A stretch of 64,000 nucleotides of DNA from Octopus vulgaris (Eukaryota). The DNA lies in contig OX597816.1 in the NCBI GenBank assembly GCA_951406725.2, positions 139,376,001-139,440,000 on the forward strand. The letters run 5' to 3'. Shown piece by piece: positions 41,867-56,220 of this stretch; positions within the stretch are counted from its first letter, which is position 1; each line of letters begins with the position of its first letter. A program made the position numbers and the translations under genes. A model generated the notes under the pieces. The model had not been told where the DNA came from and made no database searches. It worked only from the letters and a program-made list of their open reading frames with translations.

Positions 41867-41868
<2 letters not shown>
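41531..41868 (-). mobile_element. tRNA-derived SINE family C, full length
   Basis: Minus strand ggcgcaTGGCTCAGTGGttagagcgtc...gaGTTCGAATCcc (Pol III A and B boxes), then gtgttgtgttcttgaacaagacacttt body and a unique tail; sits between microsatellites. Confidence 0.9.
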
Positions 41869-41909
<41 letters not shown>

Positions 41910-41911
<2 letters not shown>

Positions 41912-42112
41912 TTGAAATTTAGAGAAAATCAAAAGACAAAGACAAGTGTATAAACAACAAACAGATGTATTAGTTTAACGCTCGGGAAGGTGAGCAAGTG
42001 TTTTACGTTTCGAGCCTATGCTCTTCAACAGAAAGGAACATGAGGAAATAAGCAGAGAGAGAATAAAAATAAACTTTTGGAACTAGCGGTCAATCATGGC
42101 GGCTGGCTGGAC
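41910..42112 (-). mobile_element. About 200-bp Penelope pLTR-like repeat with minimal hammerhead (copy 1)
   Basis: Clearly homologous to 61972-62172; minus strand ttt-CTGTTGA-a-gagc-atag-gctc-GAAA-C-GTA-aaa at 42001-42035. Confidence 0.8.
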
Positions 42113-42197
42113 GCACGTGCACATACACATAGACATAAACACACTCAGAGACACACATACACTCACACACATATATAGATAGGAAGAAAGAGAGTAA

Positions 42198-42635
42198 TAT
42201 TGGTTTTAAATTTTGGCTTAAGGCCAGCATATTCGGGGGTGGGGAGTAAATAAGTCGATTACTTCGTCCCCAGTGCCCAGCTGGTACTTATTTTATCGAC
42301 CCCGAAAGGATGAAAGCCAAAGTCGACCACGGAGGAATTTGAACTCAGAAAAATAATGACGGACGAAATGCCACTAAGCATTTCGTCCGGGGCGGTAAAG
42401 AGAAAGAGAGTAATATTTAACTTTTTTATTTTAGCAGAAGGAAAAGACGTTAACTTACTGATGAAGAAATTATTGTTTCAATTTACGATACGCCGATTAA
42501 ATGAAAAGAGAGGACAAAATTACAGGCTTCATATTTTGGCACAAGGACAGCAATTTCGAGTGAGGGTGTAAGTCGATTACATTGATCCCAGTGTTCAACT
42601 GGTACTTAATTTTATCGACCCCGAAAGGTCGACAG
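42198..42635 (-). mobile_element. Two SINE family A copies (42198-42392 and partial 42530-42635)
   Basis: ctggtactta.tttatcgaccccgaaagg present in both. Confidence 0.88.
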
Positions 42636-45116
42636 GCAAATATCTTTACCACAAGAGTAACGAATAAGGAAAGTGTGTTTACAATGAGTCGAAAACAAGA
42701 CAACAAGCAAATAATACGACTGTATCAAATAAGATAAAATGAATATATCTCAATAGGGGTTCAGCTAAGGAAAGCTCGCACAAATCCAAGATTCTGCTTA
42801 GTGTCAAGATAAAGTACGCTTTCCAAGATGTGTTATCCGACCTTTAGGTTCAGAGTAGGCCAATTCACTGAGGTCAAGTTTGTCAATTTCCCCCCACCTG
42901 TTAGCAATTTCACAAGCTTGCAATGCTTTCCCCGTTAATCTCACTTTCCTCTTCTAGTGGTAATCAAAAACTTTGATGAGAGTTCGGTTTGAGGTGTAAA
43001 TTATTGTTCTTCTCAATCCTGTACACCAAACTACCGTTACTGCTGTGGCCATTGTACAAACGAAACTGCCTGCACTTTTGTTTGGCGGACGATCGTCACG
43101 ATGTATTTGGCTTTCATTTACCATATCCAGATATCTTAGGAGTGAATTTGACAGATGATGTAATTCGGTGATTTATCTATAGCAAAACCAATTGTTGTAT
43201 TACTTGTAAATCAGCTGCCATTACCTGATGTCCTCAGAACTCCATCTACCAAAGTGAAAACTATTGTAAGCCACCAAAGCAGTCGTTGAAGACCACTGCT
43301 TCTAGTCTGCCTTTTGTCGCAAAGACTCAGGCAAAGTCTCATTGAAAAAAATTTCTAAATCCCTAATCGGAAATTGAATATCATATATCCGATGTGATCG
43401 GTGAAATACAACTACCCACGTCAAGTGGGAAGCTTTCTTTTGTACATCTCTGAAGAACTGTAGTTTGGTCATTTCCTGAAATTTAATAGAGAATATTTTT
43501 TGGACTAGTACATAAATGTCTTCCCATCTCACTCTCTCATCCCACACGACTGCTGGTAGCGTGGTGGCCGTACAAATATGTGTCATTCCGATTTCACTCC
43601 CGTTTCTGTTTTCATTTACATTTCTGTCATTTTCGCCTCCACCGCCAGCATTATTTATGGCGGTGAAGATAGCAGCAGTTTTGTTATTGTTCGTAGTGTT
43701 AGTGAGGATGATGGCAATGTGTGAAAGGCAATTTTCTGTGACTACTACAACTATCTAAGAAACTTCTGAAATTGTAATAAATGAGTTCTTACACATGTTA
43801 GCCATCTTTTCTTACTATCTCTTATATTGCCTTTACTATCGAACAGGTGTATAATAGTGGAACTCGGGGGTGCAATTTAACCAAAAATCGACCGATAATA
43901 AAATTTATAATAGTTTTGTTTAAAATGGAAATTATGTTCATCCACGTAGTAATACTCGTTAATATATTCTGAAGTCTATAGGTGGAGAGATATGTAGATT
44001 GGGAATAATCAAGATTTAGAAACCAGTAGTATTACGATAGACAACCTAGCAGAGAAATACATACATAGATAAATAAATAACACCGGAGGTACAGAGAATT
44101 GAGGAAGAATGTGTATATATGTGAGGAGTGTGCGTTTCAGTTGCATCAATTTTGTTTTGTGGGGACTGTGACGAGTCGAATACATATGAATGTATAGATT
44201 GGAACAAGGATAGTAATTTGATACAAAACAAGCAGATAGAAAATCAAGTGGTTAATTAGATAGATACATGTAAATAGAAAGCAAGTACATTCACACAGCT
44301 ATATTCTCTTCATGCACATGTAATTAATTCCCCAGGTCACTTGACAAAAAGATCAATTGGTAAAGCTATAAGAAAATCCTAGGATGAGATATTTCTTTCA
44401 TTGGTATTTCCATGATGTGTGCAAATAGCTGAGACTTTAATTGAATAATCATTCCGCTTGTGTACAATGTATATTTGCACAGGGCAAAGAAGTATAATTG
44501 TCTTTCTTCTAGAAACAAATAGAAAAAGAGATACGGCGGATAATAAATAAAGACTTGAGAGAAACTGTCTATATTAAGGTTAATCATAGAAAATGGATAA
44601 CATCGACAGATATGTGCTGCAGACTTTTTCTCCCATCAGACAATAAGTGTTGTTTGGGACAAAAACTGCGTTTCGTAAATTCTCAACATAGTAATGTGAA
44701 ATCATTTTTCAAATACTGAGATAAATACAGAATAAACTGACTCTCTTTTGTAAATATAACTCCCCTGATACAAAGTAAAACACAAATATAGAGAGTAATT
44801 CACAATCACATTTACATACACTCTCCCAACAGTTCTTGCATACACAGTGGTAAAAGACAAGTATGTAATATTTACATAAAACATATAGAGAGTCGACAAT
44901 ATATTCAGTCACCGAAATAATGCAATTATTCGGGTTCTTACATTGGTGTTGTCCCTTTTTTCATACTCCACCCCGACGGCTAATCTTTCGACATTACAAC
45001 TTGATGAGTGAATCAAAATCAAATATATGTATTTGTAAGGAACTGGCCATACACATACAGACACAAACAAAACACATAACACGTACAAACAGACATATAC
45101 AGCTAGTTAGTAAAAT

Positions 45117-45510
<394 letters not shown>

Positions 45511-45676
45511 TTCATCATATACATTGGAGAAAATTCGTGAGTGTATGCTCAACTTCTATTTCTTTTAAATAAAGCTGTCGCAACAATCCGCTGCCTCCAC
45601 AGTGCTGAACATCTGTCTTATACTACCATTCTCTATCTTCCTGCATCTGATCGAAAGCATTGCCACCTTGACTGTG

Positions 45677-45741
<65 letters not shown>

Positions 45742-46287
45742 TTCTCACTAACCCTCGTGCTCGCGCTAATTTTTTTTTATCAGAAGACTTATTTAAAATT
45801 GAACTGCTGCTGATTGTATTCACACGCACATCACTTAGAAATAGACGTATCAACTGATTTTAATTCATTTATTCTTAAGTCAGTTTGTAGATACGACTTC
45901 GTATTACGATCACCACCAAAGATAAGGCTTTATGTTACAACTTCTGAAAGATGATACTCCAATCGTTAATGACACGCTCATATTTTGATCTGTTTAACAG
46001 ATAAAATCCTTTCCAAGCAAATTGATTACATCATATCTCAGTGCTCAGACCCTCACAAGAAAAAAGTGCCCTTCAATATTGCTAAAGCTCAAGTCGTTCA
46101 CGGTCCATGTTGTGACCACAGCCAAAGTTCACTTTATAAGAGAATTACCAAATGCACCAAATGCTTTCCATCTATCAAGTAGGCCCAAACAAGTGAAGTC
46201 GGTTATTCCTTTTACAGAAGAACAGCACCAGAAGTTTGAAGTTTCTTAACCTTGGCTGACAGCATGAAATTTGCAAAAGTATGATAG

Positions 46288-46824
46288 TTCCCTGATGTCC
46301 ACTCCCGACGGCGACATTAAATGCACTCATCAATTTTGAGTTCTGCTATTCAATAAATTCATCAGATTTGTTTGCAAATACGTCGGTTATCTGATATGTT
46401 TGCAGTGTTTCTTCTGACAAAGAAAAAACAACAGTGATGAAGATATTAAACTCCAGCGGAACAACAATTTAGCTTTTTTTAGGCACTTTTCTATCTTTCT
46501 CATTGATGAAGATGCTCCAGCATTCAACAACTTGTTCACTTGAAAAACAACAGGCAGGTTTATCTCAGTCAAGAAACAGTAGAACAATGAACACAAAAAC
46601 CAGACTACACAACACTTATGGACTTAACAAGCTGTGTCAGTGTAATCCTTTCGCAAAAACATTGCTTCACCATTAGGTTCCGTCATACCGTCGCAAGGAG
46701 AAAGAGCTGCTCAGTATTGCTAACAGACACATTTGCAAACATATTTGACGAATTTATTGAATTGCAGGACTCAAAATTGATGTGTGCATTAAATGTCGCA
46801 GTCGGGAGAGTTCCATCATGGAAC
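46288..46824. repeat. Imperfect inverted repeat, about 100-bp arms, about 330-bp spacer
   Basis: ctcccgacggcgacattaaatgcactcatcaattttgagt..tttgcaaat (46302-46380) is the near reverse complement of atttgcaaa..actcaaaattgatgtgtgcattaaatgtcgcagtcgggag (46731-46808). Confidence 0.88.
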
Positions 46825-47389
46825 CACAAGCAACGGAGATAAAGACACAATGGCACTAAGGTGTTTCTGTTGAAAGCCAATTTATCACAAGTTTTGATTG
46901 AGCTATTGGAATACAGTATCCTATTCACACCTGTCAACATAAATGCTTCTTTCTACGAGTTCATTCCGCAAAGTGTAAAGTTCAAGTTTATTTCATGATC
47001 TTCGAAATATATCATACAGTTTTCATCGAGCATATAAATAGACAAGAACATTAAAACACGGCCACACTCAACCTAAATACACTGAAATCAATAACTGAAC
47101 AACAGAGATTTTGAAAGTGGTATAACACACTGTTGACATATTGATAGCATGTGTCAATGACAATGAACTCAAACTCACTGCAGACAAGAAGACAGCCTAT
47201 TCTGCTGTTTTTGAAAATTCGACAAGAAGGTGGAACTTGTTTCCTTGATTGACATTCATGGTGTTACTGGAACGACATTATTGATTAGTCTATAGCTTAT
47301 CGAAGTCCGCCGACGTAGAAGTATTACTATTGCTGCTACATTCTTTGGTGGGGTTCGAAGAACGCGTACTACACATTCTGCTACTAACT

Positions 47390-47635
47390 CCTCTGGGACG
47401 TAATGGTATTTTGCAATAATCCCATTTTTTTATCGGACAATAATGCCACTTCGGTTCCTGATGGTATTTATATATCTCAAAATATTTGCCGCATCTTCGA
47501 ATATTTCTGTTTCGGAGAGTGTGGGCGGATGGGATCAGGAACAGGACCCCCACGCCAAAGAGGGGAAGGTTGAATTTTAGAAACCGATATAGCGTGTACG
47601 TGGTTAAAAAATAGAGTGTCGGCCGCTACATTTTA
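47390..47635 (-). pseudogene. Possible decayed Kringle-domain coding segment
   Basis: Minus strand RTRYIGF*NSTFPSLAWGS..FEDAAN, then in a shifted frame EPKWHY..KKWDYCKIPL; motif order matches a Kringle domain but several cysteines are lost. Confidence 0.45.
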
Positions 47636-50600
47636 GCAAATGAGTAGCGATAGAGAACATTAAATTAACGGTAAAGTTAGTCAATCATTTAGCAGAGGTA
47701 CATAAAAAAAAACATTACAAACTAGTAGCGAAAATGCCCATTGACCATTCCTTCAACGCAAAACATGACGGATATCTTATTTGTGTTACAGCGCGTGCAC
47801 TGAGACGTGATGACATAAATTTTTGTTTTCGATGGACATAGTTATCAAAGTGCAGTGTAGCATAAAAAGAAACATTTCGATCTGTGACAGACCGCAGCTC
47901 ATAGTCCAATTCCAAGTTGCTGTGCGCGACTTTTCAGGGTAATTTTTTCAAACAATTCTCGAAGAACGATGGTCATCCGCAAAACGTAACCGAGGATGAA
48001 GAATGCCCCAAAAAATGTATCTCAGAAGTCGAAGTGGAGGACGTGTTAAACCGATGTATAGGGTTGGTGGAATGTTGATGATGAAAATCGCTTGGCTCGG
48101 ACAATTTTATTGCTACTTGCTAGACATGTCCACTACAGACTTTGAAGTTCTCTAATACAACAGACATTAGTCTGGATACACTCCCAGTTGTGTGAACTAA
48201 GAAGTGTTGACGCCGCTGGGAGTAGAAAATTGAGTGTGAAGAAGGAGACACTATGTTGTAGTGTTACATAAAAGGTGGATGAGATGAACAAGACAGGGTA
48301 GGTTGAAAGAACCTACTCTGATTATGCGCTGTAAATAGTAGACAAGTAACTAGAACAGAACCCTTTTGAGGCTTTTGATGCGTCAGAGCAAATAGGGAAT
48401 TTGTATGAGCTTTGCCACCCGCCACAGAGTTATTCTTGGTGCCCCTTTCAGATGACTTTTTTTTTGTTAATATTATATTATAATCTACCGTTTTGTGTTT
48501 AGTCCTTGTACTGTCTCTAGCACCTTGGATTTTTGTAGCTAATAAAAGAATTATATTTATTAATGTCGAGTGATAGCCAATGAGGATGATCTGAGGTGTA
48601 ATGCCAAACAGCAAACCGTGTAACTTATTTTCTAAATTGATGGCTTCAAATTTTATAGAGATGCTTGGCTATATTTTTCATGTTTTAATAATCATATACA
48701 TGTACACGCATACATTTGTACAGATTCACAGGTAGAAACACATATATGCATACATACATAGATGCATGCATAGATGCATACATACATGCATACATACATG
48801 CATACATGCATGCATACATACATACATGCATACATACATACATACAGACATTCGCGCATACGTGTATACATGTTTGTGCATGTATGTGCGTGTATTTGTA
48901 AGAGCAGTGCTAATGTATGTTAGTATATACATCTATCCGCCGAAATCTCTTAAACACACACGCTCACACAAACCCATGCACAAAGATACATACATAGGCA
49001 TACACTTTGTGAGAGCTAGCTGCACTATTTTTGTTGCATGCATTTTACTTGACTAGTGCGTATTTGTTAGAGAGGGAGAGAGAGATTGGGAGAGAGAGAG
49101 AGAGATCAACTTCAAAGCTGGAACTACGTTATGTAGGATGAAGTGTTATATTTGCTGTGTTGTGTGAAATGTTGTCTAGATGATGTCAAAGTTGACAGAT
49201 ATGTGACATTAAACGTTATTACTGTTCTCTTTGGAACATTCATGTCACAAGATCTATTTTCTTGTCGTAATTGTAAGATTTACGACATTAAATCTTGCAG
49301 GTGTCATAGCTGAAGGAAATGTGACAGGAATTATATATATTAGAACTGACAAATATGTGTCCCTAAATACTCTGTATACTATAGTTGACAGCTAATCAAT
49401 TCGATTAGTATTCAATTTCTTATAAACATAAATACATTTCATGTTCCTTTCGTGAACACAGTCTATAAAAATGGCTTCCTTTTAAAAAGCTTCACACATA
49501 CTTCAATGCCTGTGTGTGTATGTGGCAGGGTGAGTATTCAACTGCATCCTGTTAATATCACAGTCTGATATCCTTTCGTCTAGGAACTGCATATATCATT
49601 AAATTTACTTTCAGCCTGTCATCATCATCGTCGTAGTCATCATCATCACTGCCATCATCAATATCGCCATTATCAATTTTACACAATTGCCAGCCGACAG
49701 TTTTTATTGTAGCTATTAAGCAATAAAAGTCAGACCGTTGTTGTAAAACGCTGCTTGGATCATTAAATAGATCTTCTAGAAAATTTCAACATCATATTTA
49801 TAAACGTTACCTTTTTTTAAAAAATTTTATTGAATTGCTTTAATTATTGGTTAATTCTTGTAAGTCAGTAATTTCAACATGTCGATAAATCGAAATAAAA
49901 TAAAAATCATTACTCTCACCAATTTATTGCTTTTTACATGTATTTTCATTGTCTTTTGTTCTTTTTCTCTTTTCAAATATACCTCAGTATTAAACGGTCG
50001 ATCTTCGTGTTAACCTTCCTTTTCTGTCGATGTTACTTGACATAGGTATATACGTTTTACTTTTTCAAAACCGACCGACCTCTTTACGGGAAATTTATGG
50101 ACATTGTATATAGGGGCGCTGAGGTATTTTATGAGTTTAACGTATGTATATATGTAGGTTGTATGTTATGTACATTTTGGCAGATAATGTATATAAACGT
50201 ATGTGTCTGAGTGTGTTTATGTGCATATATCATTAATTATATAGATATTTGTACCTCTATACAGCCATATTCTATACAGCCATATTCTAAAGCGGGTGGG
50301 TGGGGTGCTATTAATTTTGAAGTGAATTTCATGAGATATCCGGATAAAAACAAGCCGCAAACACAGAAAAGTACTAAACGCCAAGAAAGATGTACTAATT
50401 ACCGGTTGGCTACTTCCTTATGTTATCGTTGATTATAGGCAAGTCACATCATCGATAGAACAGTGTCTCACTGTTAGTATACCAGATGACTAATCCATAC
50501 AGCTTCAAAACCGAATCACTCTGATCAAAATGAAACACTCGCGTATCATAAAGCGTTTCAACTACCTTATATCTGTGTGTGTGTGTGTGTGTGTGAGTAT

Positions 50601-50665
50601 GTGTGTGTATGTATACATACATACACACATACATACATATATATATGTATGTATATGTATATATG

Positions 50666-50711
<46 letters not shown>

Positions 50712-50714
<3 letters not shown>

Positions 50715-50875
50715 TCATCATCATCATCGTTTAACGTCCGCTTTCCATGCTAGCATGAGTGGGACGATTTTGACTGAGGGCTGGCGAACCAGATGGCTGC
50801 ACCAGGCTCCAATCTTGATTTGGCAGAGTTTCTACAGCTGGATGCCCTTCCTAACGCTAGCCAGTCCGAGAGTGT

Positions 50876-50877
<2 letters not shown>
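50712..50877 (-). mobile_element. 3' part of a SINE/RTE-tail element (family E) ending in (GAT)n
   Basis: Minus strand gttaggaagggcatccagctgtagaaac...gcatggaaagcggacgttaaacgatgatgat. Confidence 0.75.
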
Positions 50878-50930
<53 letters not shown>

Positions 50931-51100
50931 ATTTTCCTCTTTTACTTGTTTCAGTTATGTGACTGTAGCCATGCTGGATAGAGCACCGCCTTTAGTCGAG
51001 CAATTCGACCCTAGTACTTATTCTTTGTAAGCCTAGTACTTATCTCCTTTGCCTAACCGCTAAATAACGGGGATACAAACACACCAGCATCGGTTTTCAA
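50931..51100 (-). mobile_element. SINE family B, 3' half
   Basis: cttttacttgtttcagt..gcaccgcctttagtcgagcaa..acaccagcatcggtt. Confidence 0.88.
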
Positions 51101-52702
51101 ACAACATAAATTGTATACAAACAATACTTCAGAACCATGAACTGTCTGAACACTAATCACCCCACAAGCGACCACAAGCTTCAAATACACAACATTAATC
51201 TAGTTTAATAGTTAAACTATTACACTAGATAAATGTAAATACTTATTGTACGTACTTTCATCTGAGTTGGCTTGTCATAGGAAAGAAAAAATTATCGGAA
51301 AATCGCAAGTTTCAGTTTTAGAATTAGGAACTGTGATCTTCTGAATATAGTTGAATGGCTGGAATACAATGATTCCAAGTATAGTCATTGGGTTGAAGGC
51401 GGCGAGCTAGCAGAAACGGTAGCACGCCGGGCGAAATGCATAGCCGTATTTCGTCTGCTTTTACGTTCTGAGTTCAAATTCCGCCGAGGTCGACTTTGCC
51501 TTTCATCTTTGCGAGGTCGATAAATTAAGTACCAGTTACGCACTGGGGTCAATATAATCGACTTTATCCGTTTGTCTGTCCTTGTTTGTCCCCTCTGTGT
51601 GTAGCCCCTTGTGGGCAGTAAAGAAATAGGTATTTCGTCTGGCTTTACGTTCTGAGTTCATATTCCGCCGAGGTCAACTTTACTTTTCCTCCTTTCGGGG
51701 TCGATAAATTAAGTACCACTTGTGTACTGTGCCGAGAATAGAAAAGAGTATAGTCATTGAGTTATTGAGATACTATTGAAACATTTCTAGCGTATGTTAT
51801 GAGTGAGACATTTTGAAAGAGGTATTTTCTTTCAAGATATTTTCAGCTTATGGATTGCAGAGTAACTCTGAAAGGGCCGCAGAGACAAAATATTTGACTT
51901 GAAATATTTGATAAAATGTAAAACGGTCATATATACGTTACACAATATTTAATGAAATAAGCCATGTTGTCATCCCTTTGAAATGAGCGTAAGGGCCACA
52001 GCATACATTTGCAGCAAACAAAATCTGAGTAACATTTCTCCAAGAAATGTATCAAATGGTAAGAAAAGTATCAGATGTTAGTATACTCCAAAGAAATAGT
52101 TTTTTTTTTTAAATGTGGAATATTAAAAAATGGGTTTCGATGGTATAAGGTTGGAAACCGCTGTACTAAGCTACACTAATTTCAGCAGAAATTGAATTCA
52201 GCTGCTTTTTTTTTCACTCGATGTGTCTCAGAGAATGAAACCCTAGTAGCTTCTGAGACGGTGAGAATGGTGCCGTTATGTTCCTTTTGAACTATAGCAA
52301 TTCTTTGCGTGCAGGAATGGGTACCACAGATGATAGGCATTTTGGGAAGGAAGGAGTAGGTATAATTAATTCAACCCCACATAAATTACCAACAAACCTG
52401 ACTCCACAGCAACAGATACAAGTGCCTACCAAATCTATTGTCTCCTTTTAATAACGCCACAGACCGCCAAATACAACCAAACTTTTCACTCAACAGTATG
52501 AACATATCACATACAGAAAGAAGGTAACAATACTAGAAATTAAATACTACTCCTCCACGACATTACAACACACACAGCAGGCACAATACAGACCTGTTAT
52601 GAATTTGAAGCTTGTGGTCGCTTGTGGGGTGATTAGTTTTCAGACAGTTCTGCCATAATCCTTCATGTTTCTGAAGTACTGTTTGTATACAATTTATGTT
52701 GC
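51101..52702. repeat. Inverted pair of about 95-105 bp repeats (51101-51195 and 52595-52702)
   Basis: caacataaattgtatacaaaca..ctaatcaccccacaagcgaccacaagcttcaaat versus its reverse complement, with one indel of about 13 bp. Confidence 0.88.
51397..51746 (+). mobile_element. SINE family A dimer-like copy with 17-bp TSD
   Basis: TSD agtatagtcattgggtt (51378-94) and agtatagtcattgagtt (51747-63). Confidence 0.94.
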
Positions 52703-53574
52703 TTTCTGTTGACCAAATATAGAATCTGTGATTAATGTACGCTGGTAAGCCGTTTGCTTACTTTATTGTGTCTTTTATGTGTGTTGACCTGCGCGAAATA
52801 GCCGCCAAATCTCTCTGGATATAGCACTACATTATTTTAAAATATAACTTCCATAAATTTTCTGCATCAAGGATAAAGACGGGATGGTCATGGTTGGAAT
52901 GCCTTTCATAATAGCTCTACTTCAGTAAAGCTGAACTGAAGTAAACAAAGCAACACTGTCACCATCATAGTCAAAACCTTCTTCAACAACACTGTCAACA
53001 CCACCTTCACCACCACCATCACTGCCACAATCCACACATTACAAGATCATCTTAACAGGATTATAAAGACTTGTGTGCATCAGTTGGTCCAACAATTTCT
53101 TCTTTGTTAATGTTGTTGCGCGATCAAGCGAGAGACTTCCTTTGAAATTCAATGAACTTTCTAAAAAAAAAATGGCGTAACAATGAAGCGCGCGACTCTC
53201 TCAGCTGTGTATTAGCCGTTCATTCTATTTCTGTCTGTCTTAGTCCTTCAATATATCTCAGTGTTTCGTTCTATCTTTATGTCCTTTCAATTCTCCCTCA
53301 TACAATCTCTTTCCATACATACACACAGAAACACACCCGCACGCGCACAGCACACACACACACATGCATACATATATAGTTTTTCTAGTTTCAGTTTATC
53401 ATTGGTTGCTAGTAGGAATTTTCGTTTCTCTCTGTTGTTTATTCTGTTTGTAACATACCAAGTCCATGAGAGGTGTTGTATCTGGACAAATACTGCAGTA
53501 ACTAGCCTATCGGAATGTGCGTACACAGATGTATATATATATATATATGTATGTATATATATATATATATACAT

Positions 53575-53642
<68 letters not shown>

Positions 53643-53645
<3 letters not shown>

Positions 53646-53762
53646 CCTGCTCGCTTAGTCAGCGGGGTGGCGTCATTTGAAGGCTAAAACAATGCGAAGC
53701 GCATTGTGACCAGCGACGTGTAGCAACATCTGATAGCCTGGTCGGTTACGTGATCACGTGAT
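53643..53762 (+). mobile_element. SINE family D 3' tail in (TA)n
   Basis: Homologous to the reverse complement of 35490-35600; ends in tandem cgtgat(ca). Confidence 0.65.
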
Positions 53763-54762
53763 ATATATATGTGTTTATGTACGTGAGTATGTAAGTATGC
53801 ATATATATGTATATATACATATATACGTACATATTTATGTTTGTGTGTGTATCTAGTAGTAGAGTCGAGTTGGAGCAAGGCTAAAGTGCGTTAAACTGCG
53901 AGCGCCTAATCCGATGAGATGGTGAGGTTCGTTTTCTCGTTCGATAACAGAAACATGCCACGATGCATAATTCTTGCTAAAATTATTCATCTCAAATTTA
54001 GAGGATCGGTGCAGTCTTTCGATCTGATAATGGTATGTGTTTTTTCCTTCTTTTCTTTTTGTCAACATGTTTGAAAAAAGACTTGTGGTTGGCATGCCTG
54101 CTACAGTGGGCAAATATCTGGTCTTCTTCAGTTACAGTCGGGAGGCTTGGTTGACTTAAGTGCAATGACATTTTTTAATATAAGGATCGCATCTATACGA
54201 AACTTTCTCAGAACGTCTTTTGAAGATTTTCTTCTATCTATGGCTATCGAAGAAATGTTTATCTATCAAGACAAGACCTATCTTTTATTTTTTACATTAG
54301 TTCTAACATTCAAGAAGAAAAGACAACCGGACCGTATACAACTTTCCTATGTATATTTCTATGCTTGATACTTGATTGAGTCGGGGTGTAAAATATGTTC
54401 TTTATTAAAGGCACTGTCATCCAGTTCGCTATTTTAGTAAGAGGATGCTTTATCGGAAATATTTTTAGAGGAAGAGAGGTTAGAGATCCCACTGATAAAT
54501 TTTTCTCGCTTTCTTTTTCTTTTCGTATTATCTTAAAGAGTAATCATATCCTCTGATCCTGAACGATTACCGGATCGTTCAACTCACATTATACAAGAAC
54601 ATCTTATTGCTGGGTTATATGAACATGAAACTCGAAGTAGTTCACTATAAATCCTGTATTCATAAAATATTTGAGTACTTTTATGCTGACCCTATCAACA
54701 ACAAAATAATACACTATTTCTTTCTCTCTCTCCCCCTTTCCCTCTCGCTCTCTCCCTCCGTC

Positions 54763-54852
<90 letters not shown>

Positions 54853-56151
54853 CTGAGAATGTTTGTGAGGCGATGTATTATATACACCCCTCCCTCTGTA
54901 TATCTTTCTACCTTTCCACTTGTCTATGTGTCTAAGTTTCAGACAAATCTATCTATCTTTCTGTCAGCGTTTGTTGAAGCTGTGGACATGCTATCCAGTT
55001 CTATATCTTGCACTACATTTCCAATCTATCCTGTTTTAAGACTACAGGATACGGCTTGAGGGAATTATAGCTGCTATTTCAAGCTAGTTACACAACCGAG
55101 TACTGTTTACTATTATTTGAATCAGTTAATTCAAATTTGAGAGAAATATGGCAGGTCGAGCGACTACATACTTGTTGGTTAAACCCATCTTATATAGTGG
55201 ATATTTCTGTCAAGCCAGGCTTTTTTCGGGGTGAGCACTGAAGATTAATTTATAAGCTGACAGAGAACGAAATACTTGATGCGGTTTCGTTTCCTGTTGT
55301 ATTTGAAATAAATCGTGTATGTCACAAAATCAAATTAAGCCCCAAAGAAAACTATGCATTTTCCTATTCCCTACATATGGATGGAGCTTTCCTTCTCTTA
55401 ACGGTAATATTTATTGCTTCTGATATAATGTTGGTTTGAGAGAGTTCCATCAGCACATGGCGTGATGGAGCAATCTGACAAGTAAGTTTCGTGCAGCTAA
55501 AATTATATCCCAGGTGATGAGGTTTCAATTCCATGTTGAAATTAATTAACCTCACATAGTTTTATTACTACTGGGAAAAAGTTAAACTATAACTTCTAAT
55601 ATAGATAATCCTGAGAATATTATTACCCCTTTTAAGGATATGATAAAAAACTATAAGCATATAAATATATTTTCTTCCGTGACAAATATTAATAGGCTTG
55701 GTGGCTGTAGTCTTACTAAAAGTGAAAATACAATTCGGTAAATATAATACTGAACGTGCCTAATAACTATAATAATTTTCCGTCTTTTGTTATAAATAAT
55801 ACTATGAGTTCCTCCTGGGATAAAGAGTTTAAAAAATTATCTACTCAATGGACATTGCAAACCTAATAATGTCCTATAATTGCTCTAAACCCAGTTGTGA
55901 TTTCAAACAGAGATAATATACACAGATGTTTACTCGTCGTGCCCAACATATGTACAGGTAGCATTTCTTTCCTTGACGTCAGTCTACTTACCTTCCTCCT
56001 CCATTTTTCGGCGTACAATTCGCTGTTCACGAATTTTTATGTTAATATTTTTATGTGTGGTTCCTTTCTCTCTGCCTCCTTCTGAATTATTGTCTACCGA
56101 TTGTAACCATTTACGTTGTCCATCAGTTCATCACATCCGTCTCGTCTCAAG

Positions 56152-56220
<69 letters not shown>

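Noticed and set aside
41790-41868. tRNA gene
   Set aside because: Has A and B boxes but no proper acceptor stem and continues into a SINE body; it is a SINE head.
42700-43640. Possible LINE ORF1 remnant on the minus strand
   Set aside because: Only vague coding-like character; no motif I can support.
53880-54600. Possible ancient RTE LINE 3' remnant (also 59930-60080)
   Set aside because: Similarity too weak to call without a profile search.
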